Shown here piece after piece: positions 42,282 through 53,550 of a stretch of DNA of 64,000 bases. A program made the translations under genes and the position numbers. A model generated the notes under the pieces. That model made no database searches. It had not been told where the DNA came from and was given only the letters and a program-made list of their open reading frames with translations. The stretch is from Escherichia phage vB_EcoM_NBG2, in the sequence record NC_054925.1; one strand, given 5' to 3'. The first letter of the stretch is position 1. Each line of letters starts with the position of its first letter.

Positions 42282-42935
42282 TTAATACTTACAAGATTTC
42301 ACAGTTTCAATGAAAACATTTTTAGCTTTCTGTGAATCAATATTTAAAATTTTTCTATAAGCCTTTAACTTTATAGAATAATTATTCCAGACTAAATTAT
42401 CAGTCTGTTCATCATGTTTATCAATTATATTTAAAAACGAATCAAGCAAGATAAACGTCTCAAACGAAATTATATTCGATTGAAGTAGTTTAAAAATATA
42501 ACTTGATTGAACTTTTGGATTATATTCAAAAATTTCTTTAAAAGCAGAAACTTCAACTTTTTTACTAAAATAATAAATGTTGCGAATATCTTCTTCAAAC
42601 TTAAACTTAATTTGCTTTAAGCGTCCGATATATTCACGATAAAACACAAGTGCATCAGCGTCAGAGATGTCACCAATCCAAGCATCTTGGTTAGCAACCA
42701 GATTGCTTATAAAAATTAAAGCAAGTTCCTTTAATTTATATTTTTCTGATAGCTTTTGGAAAAAATACTTATCCCTTCGCTTTTGATAAGCGGCATCAGA
42801 CACCCGCATGCACCAATTATACTTAATAACATCATACTTTCCATTCATATGTTGTTTTATCATTAAGTATAATTTATAAACTGATTTACCATCAATGTAT
42901 CTTTCACCACCAGCAGGCATGCGGAGTTTAATCAT
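42282..42935 (-). CDS. 59: helicase loader gp59
   Basis: 217 aa, MIKLRMPAGGERYIDGKSVYKLYLMIKQH... Confidence 0.93.
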   Translation of the reverse strand: MIKLRMPAGGERYIDGKSVYKLYLMIKQHMNGKYDVIKYNWCMRVSDAAYQKRRDKYFFQKLSEKYKLKELALIFISNLVANQDAWIGDISDADALVFYREYIGRLKQIKFKFEEDIRNIYYFSKKVEVSAFKEIFEYNPKVQSSYIFKLLQSNIISFETFILLDSFLNIIDKHDEQTDNLVWNNYSIKLKAYRKILNIDSQKAKNVFIETVKSCKY

Positions 42936-43270
42936 AGTAGAAAATCTAATGTATTAGTTTTTTCACAACGAACAACAGAAGGACGTAAAAGATTTTCGTC
43001 GATAGCTTCTGATTGAATTTTTTCAATTATACCAGAAGGAATAAATTTAGCAAATTGAGTTTCAGGAATAGAGTTTTCTTCCAAGAATGCTGTCGTAGCT
43101 TCAAGATAACTCATTCCAAACTCTTCTACCATTTTTTCAATAATAAATCCATTTTCTTGACGATCAAGAAGCTTTGCTATTTCATCCTTTTCTTTCTTGA
43201 TTGAAAGTTCTTTTTCTGAAAGACCGGTCTCATCGACCGGACGAATATCATTTAGAGAAAACTGTGTCAT
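42932..43270 (-). CDS. 33: late transcription co-activator gp33
   Basis: 112 aa from MTQFSLNDIRPVD...; track ORF has a 3-aa upstream extension. Confidence 0.85.
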   Translation of the reverse strand: MTQFSLNDIRPVDETGLSEKELSIKKEKDEIAKLLDRQENGFIIEKMVEEFGMSYLEATTAFLEENSIPETQFAKFIPSGIIEKIQSEAIDENLLRPSVVRCEKTNTLDFLL

Positions 43271-43517
43271 AAAGTTCAACTACCTCTTCAGTTTCAGCTT
43301 CAAACACATCACGATTATCTTTATGATACAAAGCTAATAGACGATTAAACATCTTACCATCAACGCCAAGTTCATCTTTGGCACGAATTCGAATATCTTT
43401 AATCAGTTCATTATAACCGGAAATTTTCAGTTTATGATCAGATGCTTCTTTAATAAATTTAGCCAAGTCTTCGCCATGGATAGCTTCATCAAATTCAACC
43501 ATTTCTTTTTTAGCCAT
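43248..43517 (-). CDS. dsbA: dsDNA-binding protein DsbA
   Basis: 89 aa, MAKKEMVEFDEAIHGEDLAKFIKEASD... Confidence 0.85.
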   Translation of the reverse strand: MAKKEMVEFDEAIHGEDLAKFIKEASDHKLKISGYNELIKDIRIRAKDELGVDGKMFNRLLALYHKDNRDVFEAETEEVVELYDTVFSK

Positions 43518-43525
43518 TATTCACC

Positions 43526-44443
43526 TCAAAATTCATTAATGCTATTAGTTAATTTAGAAAGACCCGCTTTTACAAAATATGAATAAATTTTGCCACGCGG
43601 TGGTAATTTGTATGAATTATAGTAATTCACAATGTTTGAAGCAATATTATCAGGAATATAATCAAAATCAATTAGAACTAAATTTTCTTTATAACGATTA
43701 TATTCAGATTCTGTGAGAAGCACCTTAGCTTGCTCACGGTCATTAGCAATAGCTTCAACGATTGAAGTTTTCATTGAAGGAGTTCGTTCACCTTCAACTC
43801 TGGTAAACCAAAAGTCAGATCGTACTTTAACTGAAGCAACGTTATCCTTTTTGTCGCCTTTAAGGATTTTAGTCATACAGTCAATTTCAGCAGAACCGCT
43901 TTTAATTTTAACCCATTTCTTATGCATCGGTGACCATTGCTTAACATTTGGATATTTGTGAAGTTGAGTAAAGTCACCATCCGATGAAATGATCAAAATC
44001 TTATGTCCTTCTAAAGAGAACTTTTTAACAAGAACAGCAATATGGTCATCTGCTTCATACTTATCAATATCCATAACGATGTATGGCATATAAGCTTTTA
44101 ATTCATCTATAACTTTATGACTGGATTCAAAATAACCTTCCCAGTCCCAAGTAGATTCTTCTCGTGCTTTTCCACGGTTTTTCTTGTAATAATACGCGAA
44201 ATCACGACGCCAATATCCAGATTTCGCGTTATCAATACACAGTACAATTTTAGTGTATCCGAGCGTTTTTGCTTTTTTGACATTAAACTTAATTGAGTTC
44301 AATATCAAATGACGAACCATTGATAAATTAATTTTTTCTTTATCTGGGAAGTTTACCAAAGCAGTTGAAAGCGCAATTTGACTAAAGTCAATTAAGCAGA
44401 TTCCTTCTTTGTAATCTTCATCCAGCATCATTTCTAAATCCAT
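43526..44443 (-). CDS. rnh: RNase H (5'-3' exonuclease, FEN-like)
   Basis: 305 aa from MDLEMMLDEDYKEGICLIDFSQIALS... Confidence 0.92.
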   Translation of the reverse strand: MDLEMMLDEDYKEGICLIDFSQIALSTALVNFPDKEKINLSMVRHLILNSIKFNVKKAKTLGYTKIVLCIDNAKSGYWRRDFAYYYKKNRGKAREESTWDWEGYFESSHKVIDELKAYMPYIVMDIDKYEADDHIAVLVKKFSLEGHKILIISSDGDFTQLHKYPNVKQWSPMHKKWVKIKSGSAEIDCMTKILKGDKKDNVASVKVRSDFWFTRVEGERTPSMKTSIVEAIANDREQAKVLLTESEYNRYKENLVLIDFDYIPDNIASNIVNYYNSYKLPPRGKIYSYFVKAGLSKLTNSINEF

Positions 44444-44505
44444 ATGAACCTCGTTCAATTAGTGAGATTTCTATTATATACCATCCAAATCTTAAAGTAA
44501 ACAAG

Positions 44506-44513
44506 TATAAATA
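44506..44513 (+). promoter_or_regulatory. late promoter TATAAATA for gene 34
   Basis: TATAAATA 35 nt upstream of the gene 34 ATG. Confidence 0.6.
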
Positions 44514-44547
44514 CTTATTATTGAAAACACAATAGGAGCCCGGGAGA

Positions 44548-47500
44548 ATGGCCGAGATTAAAAGAAAGTTCAGAGCAGAAGATGGTCTGGACGCAGGTGG
44601 TGATAAAATAATCAACGTAGCTTTAGCTGATCGTACCGTAGGAACTGACGGTGTTAACGTTGATTACTTAATTCAAGAAAACACAGTTCAACAATATGAT
44701 CCAACTCGTGGATATTTAAAAGATTTTGTAATCATTTATGATAACCGCTTTTGGGCTGCTATAAATGATATTCCAAAACCAGCAGGAGCTTTTAATAGCG
44801 TACGCTGGAGAGCATTACGTACTGATGCAAACTGGACAACTGTTTCATCAGGACCTTATCAATTAAAATCGGGCGAATCAATTTCAGTTGATACTGCAGC
44901 TGGTAATGACATTACATTTACTTTACCATCTTCTCCAATTGACGGTGATACTATCGTTCTCCAAGATATTGGAGGAAAACCTGGAGTTAATCAAGTTTTA
45001 ATTACAGCTCCGGTACAAAGCATTGTAAATTTTAGAGGTCAGCAAGTACGTTCAGTACTAATGACTCATCCAAAATCACAGATAGTTTTAATTTTTAGTA
45101 ATCGTCTGTGGCAAATGTATGTTGCTGATTATAGCAGAGAAGCTGCAATTGTAACACCGGCAAGTCTTTATCAGGCGCAATCTAACGATTTTATCGTGCG
45201 TAGATTTACTTCCGCTGCGCCGATTAATATTAAACTTCCAAGATTTGCTAATCATGGCGATATTATTAATTTCGTTGATTTAGATAAATTAAATCCTCTT
45301 TATCACACAATTGTTACTACATATGATGAAACAACTTCAGTACAAGAAGTTGGAACTCATTCCATTGAAGGTCGTACATCGATTGACGGTTTCTTGATGT
45401 TTGATGATAATGAGAAATTGTGGAGATTGTTTGACGGGGATAGTAAAGCACGTTTACGCATTATAACGACTAATTCTAATATTCGTCCAAATGAAGAAGT
45501 TATGGTATTTGGTGCGAATAATGGAACAACCCAAACAATTGAACTTCAGCTTCCGACTGATATTTCTGTTGGTGATACTGTCAAAATTTCCATGAATTAC
45601 ATGAGAAAAGGACAAACAGTTAAAATCAAAGCTGCCGGTGAAGATAAAATTGCTTCTTCAGTTCAATTGCTGCAATTCCCAAAACGCTCAGAATATCCGC
45701 CTGAAGCTGAATGGGTTACAGTCCAAGAATTAGTTTTTAATGGTGAAACTAATTATGTTCCGGTTTTACAACTTGCTTATATAGAAGATTCTGACGGAAA
45801 ATACTGGGTAGTACAGCAAAACGTTCCAACTGTAGAAAGAGTAGATTCTTTAAATGATTCTACTAGAGCAAGATTAGGCGTAATTGCTTTAGCTACACAA
45901 GCTCAAGCTAACGTCGATTTAGAAAATTCTCCACAAAAAGAATTAGCAATTACTCCAGAAACGTTAGCTAATCGTACTGCTACAGAAACTCGTAGAGGTA
46001 TCGCAAGAATAGCAACTACTGCTCAAGTTAACCAGGATACTACATTCTCTTTTGCTGATGATATTATCATCACTCCTAAAAAGCTGAATGAAAGAACAGC
46101 TACTGAAACTCGCAGAGGTGTTGCTGAAATTGCTACACAGCAAGAAACTAATGCAGGAACCGATGATACTACAATCATCACTCCTAAAAAGCTTCAAGCT
46201 CGCCAAGGTTCTGAATCATTATCTGGTATTGTAACTTTTGTATCTACTGCAGGAGCTACTCCAGCTTCTAGCCGTGAATTAAATGGTACGAATGTTTATA
46301 ATAAAAACACTAATAATTTAGTTGTTTCACCTAAAGCTTTGGATCAGTATAAAGCTACTCCAACACAACAAGGTGCGGTAATTTTAGCAGTTGAAAGTGA
46401 AGTAATTGCTGGACAAAGTCAGGAAGGATGGGCAAATGCGGTTGTAACGCCAGAAACGTTACATAAAAAGACATCAACTGATGGAAGAATTGGTTTAATT
46501 GAAATTGCTACGCAAAGTGAAGTTAATACAGGAACTGATTATACTCGTGCAGTCACTCCTAAAACTTTAAATGACCGTAGAGCAACTGAAAGTTTAAGCG
46601 GTATAGCTGAAATTGCTACGCAGGTTGAATTCGACGCAGGCGTCGACGATACTCGTATCTCTACACCATTAAAAATTAAAACCAGATTTAATAGTACTGA
46701 TCGTACTTCTGTTGTTGCTCTATCTGGATTAGTTGAATCAGGAACTCTCTGGGACCATTATACCCTTAATATTCTTGAAGCAAATGAGACACAGCGTGGT
46801 ACACTTCGTGTAGCTACACAAGTCGAAGCTGCTGCAGGAACATTAGATAATGTTTTAATAACTCCTAAAAAGCTTTTAGGTACTAAATCTACTGAAGCAC
46901 AAGAAGGTGTTATTAAAGTTGCAACTCAGTCTGAAACTGTGACTGGAACATCAGCAAATACTGCTGTATCTCCAAAAAATTTAAAATGGATTGTGCAGAG
47001 TGAACCTACCTGGGCAGCTACTACTGCGATAAGGGGATTTGTTAAAACTTCATCTGGTTCAATTACGTTCGTTGGTAATGATACAGTTGGTTCAACACAG
47101 TCATTAGAATTGTACGAGAAAAATAGTTATGCAGTATCGCCATACGAATTAAACCGTGTATTAGCAAATTATTTGCCGTTAAAAGCAAAAGCTGTAGATA
47201 GTAATTTACTGGATGGTCTAGATTCATCTCAGTTCATTCGTAGGGATATTGCACAAACGGTTAATGGTTCACTAACCTTAACCCAACAAACGAATCTGAG
47301 TGCCCCTCTTGTATCATCTAGTACTGCTACGTTCGGTGGATCAGTTTCAGCAAATAGTACACTAACCATTTCTAATACTGGAACAGCAACTCGTCTGATT
47401 TTTGAGAAAGGACCTCAAACTGGAACGAACCCGGCTCAAACGATGACAGTCAAAGTGTGGGGAAATCAATTTAGTGGTGAATCAGACACAACGCGTTCTA

Positions 47501-48417
47501 CTGTATTTGAAGTTAGTGATGAAACGTCTAGTCACTTTTATTCTCAGCGCAATAAAGCTGGTAATATAACATTTAATATCAATGGTACAGTAACACCGAT
47601 AAATGTGAATGCTTCAGGAACATTGAATGCGAATGGCGTTGCAACATTCGGTAGTTCAGTTACTGCTAATGGCGAATTTATCAGTAAATCGTCGAATGCT
47701 TTTAGAGCAATAAATGGTGATTACGGATTCTTTATTCGTAATGATGGTGCTAACACCTATTTTATGCTTACTGCATCTGGTGATCAGACTGGTGGGTTTA
47801 ATGGATTACGTCCATTATCAATTAATAATCAATCTGGTCAGGTTACAATTGGTGAAAGCTTAATCATTGCCAAAGGTGCTACTATAACTTCAGGTGGTTT
47901 AACTGTTAACTCGAGAATTCGTTCTCAGGGTACTAAAACCTCTGATTTATATACCCGTGCGCCAACATCTGATACTGTAGGATTCTGGTCAATCGATATT
48001 AATGATTCAGCCACTTATAACCAGTTCCCGGGTTATTTTAAAATGGTTGAAAAAACTAATGAAGTGACTGGGCTTCCATACTTAGAACGCGGTGAAGAGG
48101 TTAAATCTCCTGGTACGCTGACTCAATTTGGTAACACACTCGATTCGCTTTACCAAGATTGGATTACTTATCCAACGACCCCAGAAGCGCGCACCACTCG
48201 CTGGACGCGTACATGGCAGAAAACCAAAAATTCTTGGTCAAGCTTTGTTCAGGTATTTGATGGAGGTAACCCTCCTCAGCCATCTGATATCGGTGCTTTA
48301 CCATCTGATAATGCTATAATGGGGAATCTTACTATTCGTGATTTCTTACGAATTGGTAATGTTCGCATTATTCCTGACCCAGTGAATAAAACGGTTAAAT
48401 TTGAATGGGTTGAATAA
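44548..48417 (+). CDS. 34: long tail fibre proximal subunit gp34
   Basis: 1289 aa with internal repeats (TPKKL..., ATETRRG...). Confidence 0.95.
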   Translation: MAEIKRKFRAEDGLDAGGDKIINVALADRTVGTDGVNVDYLIQENTVQQYDPTRGYLKDFVIIYDNRFWAAINDIPKPAGAFNSVRWRALRTDANWTTVSSGPYQLKSGESISVDTAAGNDITFTLPSSPIDGDTIVLQDIGGKPGVNQVLITAPVQSIVNFRGQQVRSVLMTHPKSQIVLIFSNRLWQMYVADYSREAAIVTPASLYQAQSNDFIVRRFTSAAPINIKLPRFANHGDIINFVDLDKLNPLYHTIVTTYDETTSVQEVGTHSIEGRTSIDGFLMFDDNEKLWRLFDGDSKARLRIITTNSNIRPNEEVMVFGANNGTTQTIELQLPTDISVGDTVKISMNYMRKGQTVKIKAAGEDKIASSVQLLQFPKRSEYPPEAEWVTVQELVFNGETNYVPVLQLAYIEDSDGKYWVVQQNVPTVERVDSLNDSTRARLGVIALATQAQANVDLENSPQKELAITPETLANRTATETRRGIARIATTAQVNQDTTFSFADDIIITPKKLNERTATETRRGVAEIATQQETNAGTDDTTIITPKKLQARQGSESLSGIVTFVSTAGATPASSRELNGTNVYNKNTNNLVVSPKALDQYKATPTQQGAVILAVESEVIAGQSQEGWANAVVTPETLHKKTSTDGRIGLIEIATQSEVNTGTDYTRAVTPKTLNDRRATESLSGIAEIATQVEFDAGVDDTRISTPLKIKTRFNSTDRTSVVALSGLVESGTLWDHYTLNILEANETQRGTLRVATQVEAAAGTLDNVLITPKKLLGTKSTEAQEGVIKVATQSETVTGTSANTAVSPKNLKWIVQSEPTWAATTAIRGFVKTSSGSITFVGNDTVGSTQSLELYEKNSYAVSPYELNRVLANYLPLKAKAVDSNLLDGLDSSQFIRRDIAQTVNGSLTLTQQTNLSAPLVSSSTATFGGSVSANSTLTISNTGTATRLIFEKGPQTGTNPAQTMTVKVWGNQFSGESDTTRSTVFEVSDETSSHFYSQRNKAGNITFNINGTVTPINVNASGTLNANGVATFGSSVTANGEFISKSSNAFRAINGDYGFFIRNDGANTYFMLTASGDQTGGFNGLRPLSINNQSGQVTIGESLIIAKGATITSGGLTVNSRIRSQGTKTSDLYTRAPTSDTVGFWSIDINDSATYNQFPGYFKMVEKTNEVTGLPYLERGEEVKSPGTLTQFGNTLDSLYQDWITYPTTPEARTTRWTRTWQKTKNSWSSFVQVFDGGNPPQPSDIGALPSDNAIMGNLTIRDFLRIGNVRIIPDPVNKTVKFEWVE

Positions 48418-48425
48418 GAGGTATT

Positions 48426-49544
48426 ATGGAAAAATTTATGGCAGAGTTTGGACAAGGATATGTCCAAACGCCATTTTTATCGGAAAGCAATTCAGTAAGA
48501 TATAAAATAAGTATAGCGGGTTCTTGCCCGCTTTCTACTGCAGAAGGACCATACGTTAAATTTCAGGATAATCCTGTTGGAAGTCAAACATTTAGCGCAG
48601 GACTTCATTTAAGAGTTTTTGACCCTTCTACAGGAGCATTAGTTGATAGTAAGTCATATGCTTTTTCGGCTTCAAATGATACTACATCAGCTGCTTTTGT
48701 TGGTTTCATGAACTCTTTGACGAATAATAGACTTGTTGCTATATTAACTAACGGAAAAGTTAATTTTCCTCCTGAGGTAGTATCTTGGATAAGAACCGCA
48801 GGAACGTCTGCTTTTCCATCTGATTCTGTATTGTCAAGATTTGACGTATCATATGCTGCCTTTTATACTTCTTCTAAAAGAGCTATTGCATTGGAACATG
48901 TTAAACTAAGTAATAGAAAAAGCACAGATGACTATCAAACTATTTTAGATGTTGTATTTGATAGTTTAGAAGACGTCGGAGCTACAGGATTTCCTAAAAG
49001 AACATATGAAAGTGTCGAGCAATTCATGTCAGCAGTTGGTGGAACTAATAACGAAATTGCGCGATTACCAACTTCAGCTGCTATAAGTAAACTATCTGAT
49101 TATAATTTAATTCCTGGTGATGTTCTTTATCTTAAAGCACAGTTATATGCTGATGCTGATTTACTTGATCTTGGAACTACAAATATATCCATTCGTTTTT
49201 ATGATGCATCAAATGGATATATTTCTTCAACACATGCTGAGTTTACTGGACAAGCTGGGTCATGGGAATTAAAGGAAGATTATGTAGTTATTCCAGAAAA
49301 TGCAGTAGGATTTACGATATATGCACAAAGAACTGCTCAAGCTGGTCAAGGTGGCATGAGGAATTTAAGCTTTTCGGAAGTGTCAAGAAATGGAAGTATT
49401 TCGAAACCTGCTGAATTTGGTATCAACGGCATTCGTGTTAATTATATCTGTGAATCTGCTTCACCTCCGGATATAATGGTACTTCCTACGCAAGCATCGT
49501 CTAAAGCTGGTAAAGTATTTGGGCAAGAATTTAGAGAAGTATAA
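48426..49544 (+). CDS. 35: long tail fibre hinge connector gp35
   Basis: 372 aa. Confidence 0.9.
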   Translation: MEKFMAEFGQGYVQTPFLSESNSVRYKISIAGSCPLSTAEGPYVKFQDNPVGSQTFSAGLHLRVFDPSTGALVDSKSYAFSASNDTTSAAFVGFMNSLTNNRLVAILTNGKVNFPPEVVSWIRTAGTSAFPSDSVLSRFDVSYAAFYTSSKRAIALEHVKLSNRKSTDDYQTILDVVFDSLEDVGATGFPKRTYESVEQFMSAVGGTNNEIARLPTSAAISKLSDYNLIPGDVLYLKAQLYADADLLDLGTTNISIRFYDASNGYISSTHAEFTGQAGSWELKEDYVVIPENAVGFTIYAQRTAQAGQGGMRNLSFSEVSRNGSISKPAEFGINGIRVNYICESASPPDIMVLPTQASSKAGKVFGQEFREV

Positions 49545-49550
49545 ATTGAG

Positions 49551-49575
49551 GGAGCCTTCGGGTTCCCTTTTTCTT
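49551..49575 (+). terminator. hairpin terminator after gene 35
   Basis: gggagcc-ttcg-ggttccc then TTTTTCTTT. Confidence 0.5.
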
Positions 49576-49583
49576 TATAAATA
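49576..49583 (+). promoter_or_regulatory. late promoter TATAAATA for gene 36
   Basis: TATAAATA about 24 nt upstream of the gene 36 ATG. Confidence 0.6.
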
Positions 49584-49606
49584 CTATTAAAATAAAGGGG
49601 CATACA

Positions 49607-50263
49607 ATGGCTGATTTAAAAGTAGGTTCAACAACTGGAGGCTCTGTCATTTGGCATCAAGGAAATTTTCCATTGAATCCAGCCGGTGACGATGTACTCT
49701 ATAAATCATTTAAAATATATTCAGAATATAATAAGCCACAAGCTGCTGATAACGATTTCGTTTCTAAAGCTAACGGTGGTACGTATTTAAATAAAGTAAT
49801 TTTTAATAAAGGAATGACTGTTCCTGGTGCAGGGTCAGGTGACAACGGTATTTTTGCTGGTCCTGGTGATAATGCCACATATGATACTACAAATATGGAT
49901 ATTGTTTCGTGGTATGGTATTGGTTTTAAATCATCACAGGGTTCAGCGGGTAGAACTGTAGTAATTAACACGCGAAATGGAGATATTAGCTCAAAGGGTG
50001 TAATTGAAGCATCACAAATACGCGCAACTTCATTATCTCCAGTAAATAATTATGACCTTACACGGAAAGATTATGTTGATGGAGCAATAAATATTGTTAC
50101 AGCAAACGCAAACTCTAGGGTATTACGCTCTGGAGATACTATGACAGGAAATTTAACTGCGCCAAACCTTTTTTCGCAGAATCCTGCATCTCAACCTTCA
50201 CATGTTCCACGATTTGATCAAATTGTTATTAAGGATTCTGTTCAAGATTTCGGCTATTATTAA
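49607..50263 (+). CDS. 36: long tail fibre distal connector gp36
   Basis: 218 aa. Confidence 0.88.
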   Translation: MADLKVGSTTGGSVIWHQGNFPLNPAGDDVLYKSFKIYSEYNKPQAADNDFVSKANGGTYLNKVIFNKGMTVPGAGSGDNGIFAGPGDNATYDTTNMDIVSWYGIGFKSSQGSAGRTVVINTRNGDISSKGVIEASQIRATSLSPVNNYDLTRKDYVDGAINIVTANANSRVLRSGDTMTGNLTAPNLFSQNPASQPSHVPRFDQIVIKDSVQDFGYY

Positions 50264-50271
50264 GAGGACTT

Positions 50272-53200
50272 ATGGCTACTTTAAAACAAATACAATTTAA
50301 AAGAAGCAAAACTGCAGGAGCACGTCCTGCCGCTTCAGTATTAGCCGAAGGTGAATTGGCTATAAACTTAAAAGACCGCGTACTTTTTACTAAAGACGAC
50401 CAAGGAAATATCATTGATCTTGGTTTTGCTAAGGGCGGTAGCATTGACGGGAATGTTATTCATATAGGAAACTATAATCAAACTGGTGATTATACTTTAA
50501 ATGGCGCTTTCACTCAGACAGGTAATTTTAATTTAACTGGTATTGCTCGAGTAACTCGCGATATTATTGCCGCCGGGCAGATTATGACTGAGGGCGGAGA
50601 ACTTATTACAAAAAGTTCAGGTACAGCGCATGTTCGTTTTTTCGATGGCAATAACCGCGAACGCGGAATAATTTATGCCCCGGCTAATGATGGATTAACT
50701 ACACAAGTACTTAATATCAGGGTTCAAGACTACGCCGCTGGTGATGAAAGCACCTATGCATTTTCAGGCAGTGGCCTATTTACTTCACCTGAAGTATCAG
50801 CATGGAAATCTATTTCGTCTCCACAAATTCTGACCGATAAAGTTATTACAGATGGGAAGAAGACGGGCGATTATGATATATCTTCATTAGCAAATAATAA
50901 TTCTGACACAGATAAAAACTATTTGCGCATTGTACGTACCGACCCAGCGGCCGCAATGCTCCATGAAATTTGTGAAAATAACGGCATCAGTTGGTATTCT
51001 GGTTCAACCCCTACTGATTACATGTTGTCATTTTCTTATTCCGGTGGGCTTCAAGCAGGCCATTCAATTGCAGTAGGTATGGAATCAAGTCCTATGACAT
51101 ATTCAGCCTTAGGTAAAGGTTCTATTGCTATTGGCGATAATGATACCGGATTTAAATGGCATCAGGACGGATATTTTCATGCAGTAAACAACGGAACAAG
51201 AACTTTCATTTACGGTCCTGCGGAAACACAAAGCCTTAGAAAAATGGTTATGGGTTATTCTCCGGATGGGATTCTTATGACAACGCCACCGACAGAAAAC
51301 TATGCATTAGCCACTGTTGTTACTTACCATGATAATAACGCGTATGGTGACGGTCAAACTCTTTTAGGATATTATCAAGGCGGTAACTATCATCACTATT
51401 TCCGCGGTAAGGGTACCACAAACATTAATACTCATGGCGGTTTGTTAGTTACTCCAGGCAATATTGACGTTATTGGTGGTTCGGTTAATATTGATGGTAG
51501 AAATAATAATTCAATTTTAATGTTTAAAGGCTATACCATGGGTCAAAGCTCCGTTGATAACATGTATATAGCTGTTTGGGGAAATACTTTTACTAATCCA
51601 AGTGAAGGCACCCGTAAAAATGTCATGGAAATTTCTGATGATATTGGATGGATGCATTATATTCAACGAACAACTGCGGGTAAAATCGAATCGGTTATAA
51701 ATGGCACCCAGATTGTTAATGAAAACTTTACAGTAGTAAAAAATGCTACATTTGACGGTACAATCAGCGCAGCCGGTGAAATCGCGACAAATGCTGTAAA
51801 TGGTCTTCGCATTTGGAACGCAGATTATGGAGCTATTTTTAGACGTTCAGAAGGCAGTCTTCATATTATTCCAACTGCTTATGGTGAAGGTAAACATGGC
51901 GATATCGGTCCACTTCGCCCGTTTAGTATGGCTTTAGATACCGGTAAAGTTACTATTCCAGATTTACAATCAAGTTACAATACGTTCGCTGCGAACGGCT
52001 ATATTAAATTTGTTGGTCATGGCGCTGGCGCTGGTGGTTATGATATTCAATATGTTCAAGCGGCTCCTATTTTCCAGGAAATCGATGATGATGCTGTAAA
52101 CAAATATTATCCGATTGTTAAGCAAAAATACCTTCAAGGTAAAGCAGTTTGGTCTTTAGGTACTGAAATTAATTCAGGTACATTCGTGATACACCATATC
52201 AAAGAAGATGGAACACAGGGCCATACATCAAGATTTAATGCTGATGGTACAGTTAACTTCCCGGATAACGTTCTGGTCGGCGGTGATATTAACATGAAAG
52301 GCTTGATGACTTTTGACGCCGGACGTTTAGGATCACGAGATTATTTTAAATTTAACCATTGGGGTGATAGCAATAACGCTCGTGATAACATCATCCAGTT
52401 AGAAGATAGTCAAGGCGCCCATTTTTCCACTGAACGTACTTTAGCGACAGGTGCAATTAAAACTCGTTTCTTTGGCGAAACATTCACTGATGGTACATTA
52501 TACTTAAATCAGATGAATAATAGCTCTGAACGATTCTCTATCAACAATTGGGGAAATTCAGAAGTTGGTCGCGCGGCAGTATTGGAAGTCGGCGATTCAA
52601 AAGGTTATCACTTCTATGCTGAACGCAGGACAGATAACAGTTTGATGTTTGATGTTGCTGGTTCTTTGACCGTGCATGGACCTAGCGGAATAACCATCAA
52701 AAACTCAACTGGTGCTCGCCATATCTGGTTTAGAGATGATAGCGATGCAGAAAAGGCTGTTATCTGGGCTACAGATGAGGGTATTTTACATATACGAAAT
52801 AATCATGGGGGTTCATTTAGTCATCACTTCCAGGGTGCAATGATTAAAGCGGGAGAGCAAGTTCCTTATAATAGTGAATACGCTCTTATCCGTGGTGATG
52901 TTTTTGGTGGTGCTTGGGATGACTGGCGCAACCGTCCTGCTGGTATTCTCTTAGATTGTCAGGATTCACATACCCGAGCATATTCAATTTGGAAAGCAAC
53001 TCATTGGGGTGTTGATCATCTTGCGGCAATGGGTGTTCATGCTGTCGGTGGTCAAGCTACCGTAATGATGCATATGAACAAAGGCGGCTGGTATTCATGG
53101 ACTGCAAATGGTGATTTCATATCTAGTGCGTCGGTTTACTGTAACGATGTTTATATTCGTTCCGACCGTCGTCTGAAAATTAACGTTGAAGACTACGAAG

Positions 53201-53514
53201 AAAATGCGGTAGATAAGGTAAATAAACTAAAAGTTAAAACCTACGATAAAGTTAAGTCTCTTTCTGACCGAGAAGTCATCGCACATGAGATTGGTATTAT
53301 CGCGCAGGATTTACAAGAAATTTTACCGGAAGCTGTTAGCACTTCTAATGTCGGATCTCTTGATAACCCAGAAGAGATTTTAACAATTTCTAACTCTACA
53401 GTGAATGCTCTTTTAATTAAGGCTATTCAGGAAATGAGTGAAGAAATTAAAGAATTGAAAACGCCTCTCTTTACTAAAATTGCTCGCAAAATTAGTAAAT
53501 ATTTTAAATTCTAA
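50272..53514 (+). CDS. 37: long tail fibre distal subunit gp37
   Basis: 1080 aa; MATLKQIQFKRSKTAGARPAASVLAEGELAINL... Confidence 0.92.
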   Translation: MATLKQIQFKRSKTAGARPAASVLAEGELAINLKDRVLFTKDDQGNIIDLGFAKGGSIDGNVIHIGNYNQTGDYTLNGAFTQTGNFNLTGIARVTRDIIAAGQIMTEGGELITKSSGTAHVRFFDGNNRERGIIYAPANDGLTTQVLNIRVQDYAAGDESTYAFSGSGLFTSPEVSAWKSISSPQILTDKVITDGKKTGDYDISSLANNNSDTDKNYLRIVRTDPAAAMLHEICENNGISWYSGSTPTDYMLSFSYSGGLQAGHSIAVGMESSPMTYSALGKGSIAIGDNDTGFKWHQDGYFHAVNNGTRTFIYGPAETQSLRKMVMGYSPDGILMTTPPTENYALATVVTYHDNNAYGDGQTLLGYYQGGNYHHYFRGKGTTNINTHGGLLVTPGNIDVIGGSVNIDGRNNNSILMFKGYTMGQSSVDNMYIAVWGNTFTNPSEGTRKNVMEISDDIGWMHYIQRTTAGKIESVINGTQIVNENFTVVKNATFDGTISAAGEIATNAVNGLRIWNADYGAIFRRSEGSLHIIPTAYGEGKHGDIGPLRPFSMALDTGKVTIPDLQSSYNTFAANGYIKFVGHGAGAGGYDIQYVQAAPIFQEIDDDAVNKYYPIVKQKYLQGKAVWSLGTEINSGTFVIHHIKEDGTQGHTSRFNADGTVNFPDNVLVGGDINMKGLMTFDAGRLGSRDYFKFNHWGDSNNARDNIIQLEDSQGAHFSTERTLATGAIKTRFFGETFTDGTLYLNQMNNSSERFSINNWGNSEVGRAAVLEVGDSKGYHFYAERRTDNSLMFDVAGSLTVHGPSGITIKNSTGARHIWFRDDSDAEKAVIWATDEGILHIRNNHGGSFSHHFQGAMIKAGEQVPYNSEYALIRGDVFGGAWDDWRNRPAGILLDCQDSHTRAYSIWKATHWGVDHLAAMGVHAVGGQATVMMHMNKGGWYSWTANGDFISSASVYCNDVYIRSDRRLKINVEDYEENAVDKVNKLKVKTYDKVKSLSDREVIAHEIGIIAQDLQEILPEAVSTSNVGSLDNPEEILTISNSTVNALLIKAIQEMSEEIKELKTPLFTKIARKISKYFKF

Positions 53515-53550
53515 CAACAAGGGGGAAATGCCCCCTTTGGAGTATAAATT

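Noticed and set aside
45964-46206. 80-aa antisense ORF inside gene 34
   Set aside because: Embedded in the 1289-codon tail-fibre gene; Ser/Cys-rich low-complexity translation.
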